Of a stretch of DNA of 64,000 nucleotides, positions 49,979 through 58,522 are shown piece after piece. The stretch's first letter is position 1; the number at the start of each line of letters is the position of its first letter. The position numbers were made by a program, and so were the translations under genes. Below the pieces are notes generated by a model. The model was not told where the DNA came from, made no database searches, and saw only the letters and a list, made by a program, of their open reading frames with translations. Origin of the DNA: a virus; the IMG/VR virus record IMGVR_UViG_3300025530_000002, one strand, 5' to 3'.

Positions 49979-51064
49979 TTACGGTTGAATCCAGATGTCG
50001 CCGTCCACGGCCGCCGCGCCTGGGTCGCCCGCCTGGACGAAGATGCGGGGCTGCCGGCGGCGGTTGAGGCGGTTGTTCGCGTCGCCCAGCCAGATTTCGC
50101 CGTTCGCGCGGAGCTGCACGCCACCTATATTGCCGTCGGTGCCGATGTACAGGGACTCGTTGCCGTCGTGGATCAGGTTGACGTGCGAGTATCCGTGGCG
50201 GTGCAGCGTGATGACAGCCCATCCGCCGTCGTTACAGAACGACTCCACGCCGGCGCTGTTCCAGTTCGACTGGCCGTCGCGCCCGCCGCATACCGGGTTG
50301 CTCGTGTTGGTGGACACATCGCCGCCCAGTATGCGCGTGCCCTGCACAGCGCCGTTGAAGCTCGCGCCGCCCGAGTCCGCGATGAAGCGGCCGTCACTGG
50401 CGAACGTGAAGTTGTTGACGTGGCCGCTCGATGCGTTACGCACCTTGACGATGAACGAGGTGCCGTCGAAGCCCGCGATGCCCGCGCCGGAGTTGCCGTA
50501 GCTGATGTAGCCGTGGACGGGATCTTGCGCGCCGACTAAGCCGAGGGTATTGGCGATGCCTACGTCGTTGAGGGTCACGTCGTCGCCGACGTAGTACTTG
50601 GCACCCGACGCGCCCGAGTTGTTGCGGAAGGATTGAGCGTAGACAGCGCCGTCGTTTAGCACGCGGAAATTCCCGTCCGCGCCAAAGCCAAACCAGCCAT
50701 ACGGCCCACCAGCGGGACCAGTACGAATGGTAAAGCTGCCGTCGCTGTTACTCTCGTACAGATAGATTGCCTGCGAGCCAAGGGCAAGACCTCCATTGAT
50801 CGCGCAGCTGCTGGTGAACGTCTTGCCCCCCATCGTGCTCGGGAGACGCTCATCCGAAAGCGTGCCGCTGGTGATATCCGAAGCCGAATGCGTGTGTGCA
50901 GCCGGTGTGAACGTCGTCGGTTTGCCCGACACCTCGTCCCAAGTTGGCCAGCGTGTGGCGTACACCGGCACACCGGACAGCAGGCTCCAGGCGAGGGAGT
51001 CGCCGGCAGGCAGCTCGGCCAAGTTGTTGTTGGGTAGCAGAACTACGGGTTTGCGGTCGGCCAT
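49979..51064 (-). CDS. tail fibre protein
   Basis: 361 aa. The N-terminus LAELPAGDSL...KPTTFTPAAHTHSASDITSGTL is a typical fibre motif. AGGAGGG RBS. Confidence 0.85.
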   Translation of the reverse strand: MADRKPVVLLPNNNLAELPAGDSLAWSLLSGVPVYATRWPTWDEVSGKPTTFTPAAHTHSASDITSGTLSDERLPSTMGGKTFTSSCAINGGLALGSQAIYLYESNSDGSFTIRTGPAGGPYGWFGFGADGNFRVLNDGAVYAQSFRNNSGASGAKYYVGDDVTLNDVGIANTLGLVGAQDPVHGYISYGNSGAGIAGFDGTSFIVKVRNASSGHVNNFTFASDGRFIADSGGASFNGAVQGTRILGGDVSTNTSNPVCGGRDGQSNWNSAGVESFCNDGGWAVITLHRHGYSHVNLIHDGNESLYIGTDGNIGGVQLRANGEIWLGDANNRLNRRRQPRIFVQAGDPGAAAVDGDIWIQP

Positions 51065-51475
51065 GGCACCCTCCTGACTGCGGCCATAATACCTAAATTC
51101 GTCGCCGGGCGGAAAAGAGCCTAAGCCCTGAGTTACACAGTTCGGCGTTCCCGAAACCGGGCTAAAAAGACGGCGGGACCAACCGTGGAATTCAAGAGAG
51201 CCCGTGTCGTGGGCCAGCCGGCTGGGGACTGTTACCCTGTGCCCAGCATGAGGGGCAGCGGTTCTCGCAGAGCTGCGCTGCGGCCACCTCTACCTCCCGT
51301 GGCAAGGAGGGTGCGGCATTGCTCGCGCACCACGAGCGCCAGGGCTCGCGCCGCCTGGCTGGCGAATGGCGAAATCCAGTAGCCCCGTCTCGTGGGGCGG
51401 CCGCCGCATTCGCAGACCACAAGCGGGTGTGGTGAAGCCGGCGCCCACGCCGCCGGTCTGCAGGGACGAGCGCGG

Positions 51476-51712
51476 TCACAACGCTCGTCTTTTCTTGGCA
51501 ATGTCGTCGAAGATGTCACCGAACAGGTCCGCGGACTCCTCGTCTTGCAGGAGGAAGTCCGCGGCTTCGGCAATGGCGTGGAACGTGGCCACGTCACCGC
51601 CTTTGTCCGGATGATGTTCAGCCAGCAACGTCCGGCGTCGGGCCCGGATCACGGCCGGCGTGACCTCCGCCTCCGACAGATTCAGCAGCTTCAGCGCCGT
51701 CACTCGGTTCAT
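51476..51712 (-). CDS. J-domain-only protein (DnaJ-like co-chaperone domain)
   Basis: 78 aa. RRRTLLAEHHPDKGGD contains the HPD motif in a J-domain helix II/III context. Confidence 0.8.
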   Translation of the reverse strand: MNRVTALKLLNLSEAEVTPAVIRARRRTLLAEHHPDKGGDVATFHAIAEAADFLLQDEESADLFGDIFDDIAKKRRAL

Positions 51713-51720
51713 CGCCGTTC

Positions 51721-52356
51721 TCAGTGCAAAACTCTCTGGTGGTGGGCAGTCTGCGCCGCGCGCGGCGGATGTCCGTACAAGTTCTGCATCGCGCCCGCAA
51801 GCGCGTAGTCGTAGTCGTGGGCGATCATCGGGTCGACCTTGGCCGTCAGCTGCAGCTTGCCGTCGACCGTCTCGACCACCCAGAAGTACGACGCCACGTT
51901 GCGGTCCCCGTCCTCGATGTGGAGGACCAGGACTTCATCGTAGGACTCGCCCGCCATCTCGTACATCTTCTCGCGCGAAACATCGCCCCGGGTCACCTTG
52001 TGGGCGATAGCCTCCAGTTCATCCGGGTCGTCGTGCGTCAACGAACGCGCAGTGCCCAACGAAAGGACCACGACGGCCGACTGTGCATAGACGTCCGGCG
52101 CGAACTCCTTGCACCTCTGCATCGTGGCGCGAATAGATTCGGCGATGTGCTGCGGCGGAACGACGCCGGCAAGCGTCGCCAACAGCTGCGGGTCAAGCAG
52201 CGGCGCGACCGTATTGGATTCGGCGTCGTACTTGAGCACGTTGAAACGCGGGTCGGTGACGCCGATGTGACCGTGCTTGGCGTGCTGTTCATGGATAAGT
52301 TCCAGCAGGGTGTCCTTCAGGCGCTGGCAGAATGCGTCGAAATGCTCAGGGCGCAT
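51721..52356 (-). CDS. hypothetical protein
   Basis: 211-aa ORF. Confidence 0.75.
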   Translation of the reverse strand: MRPEHFDAFCQRLKDTLLELIHEQHAKHGHIGVTDPRFNVLKYDAESNTVAPLLDPQLLATLAGVVPPQHIAESIRATMQRCKEFAPDVYAQSAVVVLSLGTARSLTHDDPDELEAIAHKVTRGDVSREKMYEMAGESYDEVLVLHIEDGDRNVASYFWVVETVDGKLQLTAKVDPMIAHDYDYALAGAMQNLYGHPPRAAQTAHHQRVLH

Positions 52357-52387
52357 GGGTGTTTTCCTTCATTTGAAACGACGACGG

Positions 52388-52441
52388 CCGGCCCGGGAAG
52401 GGCCGGATGTTGAGCGAAGCAGCGTAATCAGCTGGATTACG
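52388..52441 (-). other. two intergenic hairpins
   Basis: CCGGCCC-N5-GGGCCGG (52388-52406) and CGTAATC-N5-GATTACG (52423-52441). No strong U-run follows either. Confidence 0.45.
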
Positions 52442-52484
52442 TTGAGAGCAAGCACGGCCACGGTGCGCGCCACTTTCAGACTGA

Positions 52485-52826
52485 TCAAGGGGTGCGTCCT
52501 CCGAACGGAAACGGTTTTTCGTCCGGCGCTCGTAGCGCTTCGATCCGCGCGATCAGCTCCTCGTCCGTGTAGGTCGCAGCGCAAACCGGGCACGGGATGT
52601 ATCCGCTACCGCGCAGCGGCCAGCCGGCGGGTAGCGGCACGCGCTCACGCATGTAGGACTGGGCGTAGAGGCGATCGAGGAAGAACTCGATGCAGCACTC
52701 CGGATATCCGAAACGCTGCCCCTTCCGTGTCAGGCGTTCAAGAGCCTCTTGAACAGCCGCGCGGCAATCTCGCTGACGGGCATGATGCGCGGTCGATAGA
52801 ATGCTTCGGGGTGTCGGGTCGACCAT
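52485..52826 (-). CDS. Cys-rich small protein (GYPECCIEFF...CPVC)
   Basis: The C-terminal ~85 aa are convincing. The only ATG (52824-52826) gives a 97-nt overlap with the VRR-NUC-like gene, so the start is uncertain. Confidence 0.5.
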   Translation of the reverse strand: MVDPTPRSILSTAHHARQRDCRAAVQEALERLTRKGQRFGYPECCIEFFLDRLYAQSYMRERVPLPAGWPLRGSGYIPCPVCAATYTDEELIARIEALRAPDEKPFPFGGRTP

Positions 52827-53152
52827 TCCTGCGGGCCTTCTAGGATGAATCCGTGGGCGCGGCCGTTCAATTTGAGTCCTACCACGACCACAGCGTTCCC
52901 GCCTGCGGCGTACCGCCGATCCAACCACTGGCGCTGCAGGGCGGTCGGCAAACAACGCTCCGGGAGGGTCGAGTAGAAATGGTCGTCCCGATCGAACGCC
53001 TTGTATTCGACCCACAGGTCGCGCTGGTAGTCGTAGTAGTAATCCGGCGTGCCAGCGTATGACTGCGCACCCAGCGTCATGGACTGACGATGGACCTCCT
53101 GGGGGAGGTGCCGGTGGACCGCGTCGATGAAAGCCCGTTCTTTCACGGGCAC
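52730..53152 (-). CDS. VRR-NUC-like PD-(D/E)xK nuclease
   Basis: 140 aa. GTPDYYYD...LWVEYK...LQRQWLDRRYAAGGNAVVVV fits the VRR-NUC motif order. Confidence 0.7.
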   Translation of the reverse strand: MPVKERAFIDAVHRHLPQEVHRQSMTLGAQSYAGTPDYYYDYQRDLWVEYKAFDRDDHFYSTLPERCLPTALQRQWLDRRYAAGGNAVVVVGLKLNGRAHGFILEGPQEWSTRHPEAFYRPRIMPVSEIAARLFKRLLNA

Positions 53153-53174
53153 TCATCTTACGCCGGCGCGCGGC

Positions 53175-53214
53175 AAAGAAAAACCCGAAGGGCGCTGCAC
53201 ACGCCCTTCGGGTT
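53175..53214 (-). terminator. rho-independent terminator
   Basis: Minus strand: AACCCGAAGGGCG-N7-CGCCCTTCGGGTT (13-bp stem) followed by TTTCTTTG. Confidence 0.8.
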
Positions 53215-53227
53215 GGCGTCGTCGGCT

Positions 53228-53731
53228 TCAGTGCCCCGCGAGGGCCAGCAGCTCGACCAGGCGCCCCGCCGCGGCCTTGTACTTGTCCGTCAGCGGCTGC
53301 GTCGCCTGCAGGTACTCCTTGTGCTTGGCCTTGATCTCGTCTTCCAGGCTGCGCATCAGCGCGCGCAGCCCGTCCACGTCGGTCGCAGTGGCGATGTCGT
53401 CCGGGATCGAGGCCTTGCGGCGGCCGCGGCGCGGCTTGGGCGCCTCGGCCTCGCTCTCGGCGGGGGCTGCCTCGGTACGCGGGGCTTCGTCCGCCACCAC
53501 GTAGCCGTCATCCTCGTCCGACGCCACAGCGTCGCCCAGCGCCTGGGCGGCCTGGTCGATCGGGTCGGGCTCGGGCTCCACCGGCGGCGTGGCCAGGACC
53601 GGCGAGGGCGGGCGCTGCAGCCGGCGACGCGGGCTCACGTTGGGGTCGAACGCCGCCTCGGTGGACGGCGAAGAGGCATCATCGTTCAGCGGCGCCGCAG
53701 TACGCGACGTCAGTCGGGACTTCAGAGGCAT
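53228..53731 (-). CDS. hypothetical protein, disordered acidic/Pro-rich N-terminus and helical C-terminus
   Basis: 167-aa ORF. Confidence 0.65.
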   Translation of the reverse strand: MPLKSRLTSRTAAPLNDDASSPSTEAAFDPNVSPRRRLQRPPSPVLATPPVEPEPDPIDQAAQALGDAVASDEDDGYVVADEAPRTEAAPAESEAEAPKPRRGRRKASIPDDIATATDVDGLRALMRSLEDEIKAKHKEYLQATQPLTDKYKAAAGRLVELLALAGH

Positions 53732-53745
53732 GGGTTACTCCAGGT

Positions 53746-54486
53746 TTATCGACGGGGAACAGGACGCGCGACCCGCTGCTGCGACTGGCGGGTCGGGACG
53801 TAGTTGGTCAGGTCCGGCAGCCGGCCGAGCAGCTCTTCAGCCATGTCGGCCAGCTCGAAGACCTCCGTGTAGTACGGATTGGCCTCCGGTGCGGAGAACT
53901 GCAGCGTGGTGTAGTTGCCCTTCGGCACGGCGCGGACAGTGACCAGGGTCTTGATCGGCGGCCCGTTGAACAGGCGCGCCGCCTGCAGCGCGTAGGCGTC
54001 GAACGAGCGCAACGCAGTCGGCGGGACCGACATCAGGTGCATCTCCGGCTTCTCGCCTTCGGCCAGGTGCGCCAGCTCGTCGGCCAGCACCACCGCCAGC
54101 AGCCGGGTGTTCTTGCACGCCTTGGCCTTCTCGCCGCGGGAGCCGAACTGGTTGTGCGGGCAGATGGCGCAGTTCTCGGCCTGCGGCTCGGGCGCCTCGG
54201 GCTCCGGCGCCAGGTCGGCGAGCTTGCGGGCACGCGCGAAGCACACCGGCGGGCGCGGGTTGTTGGGGTCGTAGGGGGCCGTGTAGTAGTCGTTGGCCGA
54301 ACAGAAGTCAACGACGCAGATGGTGATCTCGCTGCCCAGGTTCACGCCGCCTGCAGCGACGAAGTTGCCGGAACGATCCAGGGAGATCTTGCGCGCCTCG
54401 GGCTGGCCGACCTGCTCGCGGATCTGGGCCGCGCGGGCGGCCAGCTCCTGCTCGATGGCCATCAGGTCACGACGTTGCTGGTTCAT
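53746..54486 (-). CDS. hypothetical protein with a Cys cluster (replication/recombination module by position)
   Basis: 246 aa. CAICPHNQFGSRGEKAKACKNTRLL motif. Function not assigned. Confidence 0.75.
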   Translation of the reverse strand: MNQQRRDLMAIEQELAARAAQIREQVGQPEARKISLDRSGNFVAAGGVNLGSEITICVVDFCSANDYYTAPYDPNNPRPPVCFARARKLADLAPEPEAPEPQAENCAICPHNQFGSRGEKAKACKNTRLLAVVLADELAHLAEGEKPEMHLMSVPPTALRSFDAYALQAARLFNGPPIKTLVTVRAVPKGNYTTLQFSAPEANPYYTEVFELADMAEELLGRLPDLTNYVPTRQSQQRVARPVPRR

Positions 54487-54525
54487 AGACGTTTTCCTTT
54501 GTAACTGTGGGACGGAGTGACAGGG

Positions 54526-54915
54526 CTACTTGGAACGTTGACGGACAGAGAGCGAGCGTTTCACGAAGGCCGCGGTGCCCGGAGGCGGTTCGCCGCCGCG
54601 GTCTTCCACCAGCTCACGCCAGACTGACGTCATCAAGCGGCGCTGAAACAGGTCCAGGCGCTTGTGGCGCAGGACGAACTGCTCCAACGCCGCCCAGTCC
54701 TGAATACGGGGGACTTGTTCGAACTTCGCCTCGCAAACAAGTCCACCCGCCGCCAGCATAGTGGTTCCCTGTTCGTCCATCAACTGCTCGATCGCTTCTA
54801 CGATCGAGTCTCGCTCGCGCTTGAGATCACGGAGAACGCCGTTCGCGTGATCAATCTTGTTCTCGATGGCCTCCAGCGCTTGCAGCAACTGGGCGGCATT
54901 GGGGCGGTCGCTCAT
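54526..54915 (-). CDS. coiled-coil protein, Gp157-like architecture (tentative)
   Basis: 129 aa. N-terminal coiled coil. The C-terminus ...PGTAAFVKRSLSVRQ resembles siphovirus Gp157-type proteins as I recall them. Confidence 0.65.
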   Translation of the reverse strand: MSDRPNAAQLLQALEAIENKIDHANGVLRDLKRERDSIVEAIEQLMDEQGTTMLAAGGLVCEAKFEQVPRIQDWAALEQFVLRHKRLDLFQRRLMTSVWRELVEDRGGEPPPGTAAFVKRSLSVRQRSK

Positions 54916-55082
54916 TGCACGGTCACCTTGAAGACTTCGTCCAGCGCCGGGTTGACCTCGTCGGGCGAGTACCCCAGCTTGAGCAATTCGGCTTCCAGGA
55001 CCGGGCGCAGCAGCGGCTTGCCCGGCAGGTCCCTCACACTGGCGGTCAGGTAGTCGATGGTTTCTCGGATCGGACTCATCAT
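54912..55082 (-). CDS. small hypothetical protein (56 aa)
   Basis: Hand-translated as MMSPIRETIDYLTASVRDLPGKPLLRPVLEAELLKLGYSPDEVNPALDEVFKVTVQ. ATGA overlaps at both ends. Confidence 0.45.
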   Translation of the reverse strand: MMSPIRETIDYLTASVRDLPGKPLLRPVLEAELLKLGYSPDEVNPALDEVFKVTVQ

Positions 55083-55261
55083 AGAAGTTTCCTCAGGTGG
55101 TCAGGGTGGATGCGCACCCGCTCTTGTGGAACTGCGTCCTTGTATCCCTTCAACGCGTCTTCGCGTCCGCGCTCGTACGCGCGAACCGCTACTCGTTGCA
55201 GCAGCTCGTGGAGCAGGTCACTTCGCAACAGGATGTTGTACTTCGTGTTCCGGATGACCAT
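55079..55261 (-). CDS. small hypothetical protein (60 aa)
   Basis: ORF with reasonable third-position GC. Lies directly after the polymerase gene. Confidence 0.5.
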   Translation of the reverse strand: MVIRNTKYNILLRSDLLHELLQRVAVRAYERGREDALKGYKDAVPQERVRIHPDHLRKLL

Positions 55262-55264
55262 CGC

Positions 55265-57127
55265 TCACACCTTGTCGTAGACCGCGCTGACGTCAACGCT
55301 CGCGTTCAAGGGCAGGCCCTGGGACCATTCCTCCGGCGTCGACATGATGCGCTTCACCGCGGCGGCCACCTCCTCGGCGGTCTCCTCGTAGGTCACCAGC
55401 ACCATCTCGTCATGCGTGGTCGAAGCTACAACCACGTCATGCGGGATGGTGTCGATGCAGCGCAACATCTGTTGCTTCAGCAGCACACAAGAAAGCGCTT
55501 GCGCGATGTTTTCCAGCAGGTATCCGCCCCATACTTTGACGGGGCCGTTCTTGCTCACATAGTGCAGCTCTCCATTGTCAGCATCGACGTACACGCGCGG
55601 GTACTTCATGTACGTCCCGTTCGGCAGGTGGATGTACCCGTTGCCGTTGAGGTAGTCGAAGCCGACCGGGCCCAGCTCGATCTGCTGCCCGCTGAGCCAG
55701 GACAGCTTCGCCGCCTCGCCCAGCCGGGTCCACAGCCGCGTGATCGGCCAGCGCGCCTGGCGCCACTTGGCCACCAGTTCTTTGGCCTCTGCCACTGACA
55801 TGTCGATCGCCGGGCCGAGGTTGCCCAGACGGAACACGTTGGACACCTTCACGCCGCCCGCGCCGTACTGACACGACAGCGACAGGACCTTGCCTACGAA
55901 ACGCTCGTCCGGGTGGTCGTCTTTGTTGACGGGGAACCCGTACACGCCCGAGGCGTTCACGGAGTACACGTCCTCGCCCTCGGCGAACGCCGTCAGCAGC
56001 TCCTGGTCATCGGCCAGCCAGGCCACCAGCCGGGCCTCGATCTGGCTGGCGTCGGCGATGACCAGGTTGCAGCCTTCCGGTGCGGCGAGCGCCGTGCGCA
56101 GTGCGGCGCCCTCGCCACGACGGGCCATGTTCTGCCAGTTCACCGAGTCGCCACCGGACCAGCGTCCGGTGCGGGCGCCCCAGTAGTTGTAGTACATGGG
56201 CGTGGGTAGGCCGACGCGCCGCAGCAGACGTTGGCTGCGGGTCTCGATCAGCGTGCTTTTTGCCGTCAGGCGGGCTTCGACCGCAGCGACCACCCTCGGG
56301 TCGGGATGCCGCAGCAGCGCTTTGAATTCCAGATCGGTCTTCGCAAACGCGTACGTCGGCTGCCCGGTGCGCGGGCTGATCTTCACTGGCGGTTCGACAC
56401 CCAGGGAGCGGAGATAGTCAGCGAACTTTTGGGCACTCCCCAGGACCGTCAGATCTACTCCCGCCGCCTGCACTGCAGCGGCGCGTCGGCCTACCTCACG
56501 CCCATGAACCTCGCGCAAGCGGGCCTCGTCCAGGTGCAGGACCGGCTCGCAATACATCCGCATGGTCAGGTCGATGATCCGCAGCTCGTCCTCCGGGACG
56601 TGCTTGACCATCTTCTCGAAGATGCCTCGCGTGAGTCGAGCGTCGTCTTCGTTGTATTCCAGCAGCAACTGGAGCAGGTCCTTGGGGATATCCTTGTACC
56701 GCAGCCCCTTCACCTGCTCCAGGGCCTGCGCCTTGACCTTGCCTGCGAACCCGTAGCGCTGACTGACAGCGTCCAGGCTGTGCGACACGTCCACACCGAA
56801 CAGCATCCGCGACATGGACTGGGTGTCCAGCCAGAACACCGGGTGCAGGTCGTAGTGGTGGGTCAGGATCAGGCCGTCGAACTGCGCATGATGCGCGCAG
56901 AACGCCGTCTCATTCCAGTTGATACTGCGCAGCAAGGGACCCACGTCCGGGCCGGCGGCGACCTTGGGGACATCCCAGGTGCTGTGCCACACCGCGACCG
57001 AGATCGCTTCGAACAGCTCATGACGGATGTAGTCCGTCATCGACAGGCTCTTGTTGCGCAGGGAGTACTCCGAGTCGTAGTACGTCTCGAAGTCGACGAC
57101 ACAGTAGTGACTGAAGGGCAGTGGCAT
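55265..57127 (-). CDS. family A DNA polymerase with 3'-5' exonuclease domain
   Basis: Internal ATG 57125-57127 (MPLPFSHYCVVDFETYY = Exo I). Motif A VIADASQIEARLVAW. Motif B RFVGKVLSLSCQYGAG. Motif C STTHDEMV. Confidence 0.92.
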   Translation of the reverse strand: MPLPFSHYCVVDFETYYDSEYSLRNKSLSMTDYIRHELFEAISVAVWHSTWDVPKVAAGPDVGPLLRSINWNETAFCAHHAQFDGLILTHHYDLHPVFWLDTQSMSRMLFGVDVSHSLDAVSQRYGFAGKVKAQALEQVKGLRYKDIPKDLLQLLLEYNEDDARLTRGIFEKMVKHVPEDELRIIDLTMRMYCEPVLHLDEARLREVHGREVGRRAAAVQAAGVDLTVLGSAQKFADYLRSLGVEPPVKISPRTGQPTYAFAKTDLEFKALLRHPDPRVVAAVEARLTAKSTLIETRSQRLLRRVGLPTPMYYNYWGARTGRWSGGDSVNWQNMARRGEGAALRTALAAPEGCNLVIADASQIEARLVAWLADDQELLTAFAEGEDVYSVNASGVYGFPVNKDDHPDERFVGKVLSLSCQYGAGGVKVSNVFRLGNLGPAIDMSVAEAKELVAKWRQARWPITRLWTRLGEAAKLSWLSGQQIELGPVGFDYLNGNGYIHLPNGTYMKYPRVYVDADNGELHYVSKNGPVKVWGGYLLENIAQALSCVLLKQQMLRCIDTIPHDVVVASTTHDEMVLVTYEETAEEVAAAVKRIMSTPEEWSQGLPLNASVDVSAVYDKV

Positions 57128-57183
57128 GTTGTACGTGCAGTGGGGTAGAAGTCCATACACCCTACTGGCGGACGCCTGCGCTG

Positions 57184-57948
57184 TCAACTGCCGTACGGCC
57201 CGCCTTCCACGAGGATGACGAAGTAGGCCATGACGCAATCGGCGCCATCTTCGTGCGGCTCGATGTCACGGAACACGAGCCTGTCACCTTTCTTCGCAGG
57301 CCGAATGTCACGGCGGATTGCCGCGTAGACCTTCCGCGTCAGCTCATCCGCGAGCTTTTCTTCCTCCGGTCGCACCATGTCGCCTTGCAGCAGCCGCGCG
57401 TAGTCATCGTGGCCACCAATGGCGCCTTGCCGCACTTCATCTTCCAGCGCGCGTCGAACGCTGGCGAAAGACTGGCGGTAGGCCGGGATGCAGAGCCAGG
57501 GGCGCGAATCGCCGCGGAAATAGTCCGGCAGACACGTGTCAACGTGAACGATAGAAACGCGCAAACCGCGCGGCTCACTTTCAACGATCATGCAATGTTG
57601 CTCGTAGCAGTCCAGGGCGTCAGAATCGAACGTGCCGGCCTCGCGCCACTGCGCCACCTTGCGGCGCCAGTCGAACGGAGATCGGAGCGATGGCGCGGGA
57701 ATGTTTAGCAGGAACGCGGCCTCTTCGCGCGACGGTGCGCGGATCGTTTGGATGTCACCGTCGCGGTCGCGCGCGCAGTACAGGGGCGCGCCGATCCCCC
57801 AATACGCGCCGCCGTCGTCATACCCGCCCGAATCGAGCTTCACCTTGAACAAATGAACCGTGCCCCGTGTCGTGTCCAGGTCCGGCGCGTTACGCCGACC
57901 CATCGGGGCGCCGTAGGTGCAGCTTACGTCTTCGAATTGCTTGCCCAT
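57184..57948 (-). CDS. conserved-looking hypothetical protein (YGAPMGR / GGYDDGGAYWG motifs)
   Basis: Internal ATG 57946-57948. 254 aa. Confidence 0.75.
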   Translation of the reverse strand: MGKQFEDVSCTYGAPMGRRNAPDLDTTRGTVHLFKVKLDSGGYDDGGAYWGIGAPLYCARDRDGDIQTIRAPSREEAAFLLNIPAPSLRSPFDWRRKVAQWREAGTFDSDALDCYEQHCMIVESEPRGLRVSIVHVDTCLPDYFRGDSRPWLCIPAYRQSFASVRRALEDEVRQGAIGGHDDYARLLQGDMVRPEEEKLADELTRKVYAAIRRDIRPAKKGDRLVFRDIEPHEDGADCVMAYFVILVEGGPYGS

Positions 57949-57950
57949 GG

Positions 57951-58502
57951 TCAACCCTTCCTGACTTGTACGCGTTTGGCGCCGTGCTCGATGTACGTGG
58001 CATCGCCCACCTGCTCCGCGATGTGCCTGGCCAGCTCCTGCGCCAATTCGGCGATGTAGTCGTCGGCGTTCGATTCGACCCCGCCGATGGCCTCGCGCAA
58101 CCAGGTCTCGTCGCCGTCCGTGTCCAACAGCGTGACGACAACGAGCACGTACGACCATTCGTCATTGCACCATGCGCGCAAATACTGGAAATCGGATTCG
58201 ACGGCGGCCGCGGCGATCTCTCCGGCGGTCGGCTCACGCCCCAGCCGGGCTACCAACGCCGCGCGGGCATCGGGGCTAATCCCCCAGCCGTCGCGCTTGG
58301 CGATGCGCGTGGCCTCGGCCACGTCGTAGTAGCGATAGCAGCCGCGATCAGACCACAGCACGCGCTCGCCGGGTAGCTTGCTGCGTGTGGTCCAGTCGCT
58401 GACGGGGCCGTGCCCGCAGTCCACTTCCCAAGGCGCGCCGTGCAAATCGTCGGGTTCCACGCTGACAGAAAACGTGAGGCCGCTGATCGTGATGTTGTCC
58501 AT
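57951..58502 (-). CDS. hypothetical protein
   Basis: Internal ATG 58500-58502 (MDNITISGLTFSVSVEPDDLHGAPWEVDCGHGPV...). 183 aa. Confidence 0.75.
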   Translation of the reverse strand: MDNITISGLTFSVSVEPDDLHGAPWEVDCGHGPVSDWTTRSKLPGERVLWSDRGCYRYYDVAEATRIAKRDGWGISPDARAALVARLGREPTAGEIAAAAVESDFQYLRAWCNDEWSYVLVVVTLLDTDGDETWLREAIGGVESNADDYIAELAQELARHIAEQVGDATYIEHGAKRVQVRKG

Positions 58503-58522
58503 GATCAAGTCCTGGCAGCGTA

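Noticed and set aside
51185-51597. ORFs of 65-121 aa in the 410-bp gap; possible tRNA
   Set aside because: The peptides are R/P/A-rich with no RBS. I could not fold any stretch into a cloverleaf with T-loop or D-loop consensus. The gap is kept only as a non-coding finding.
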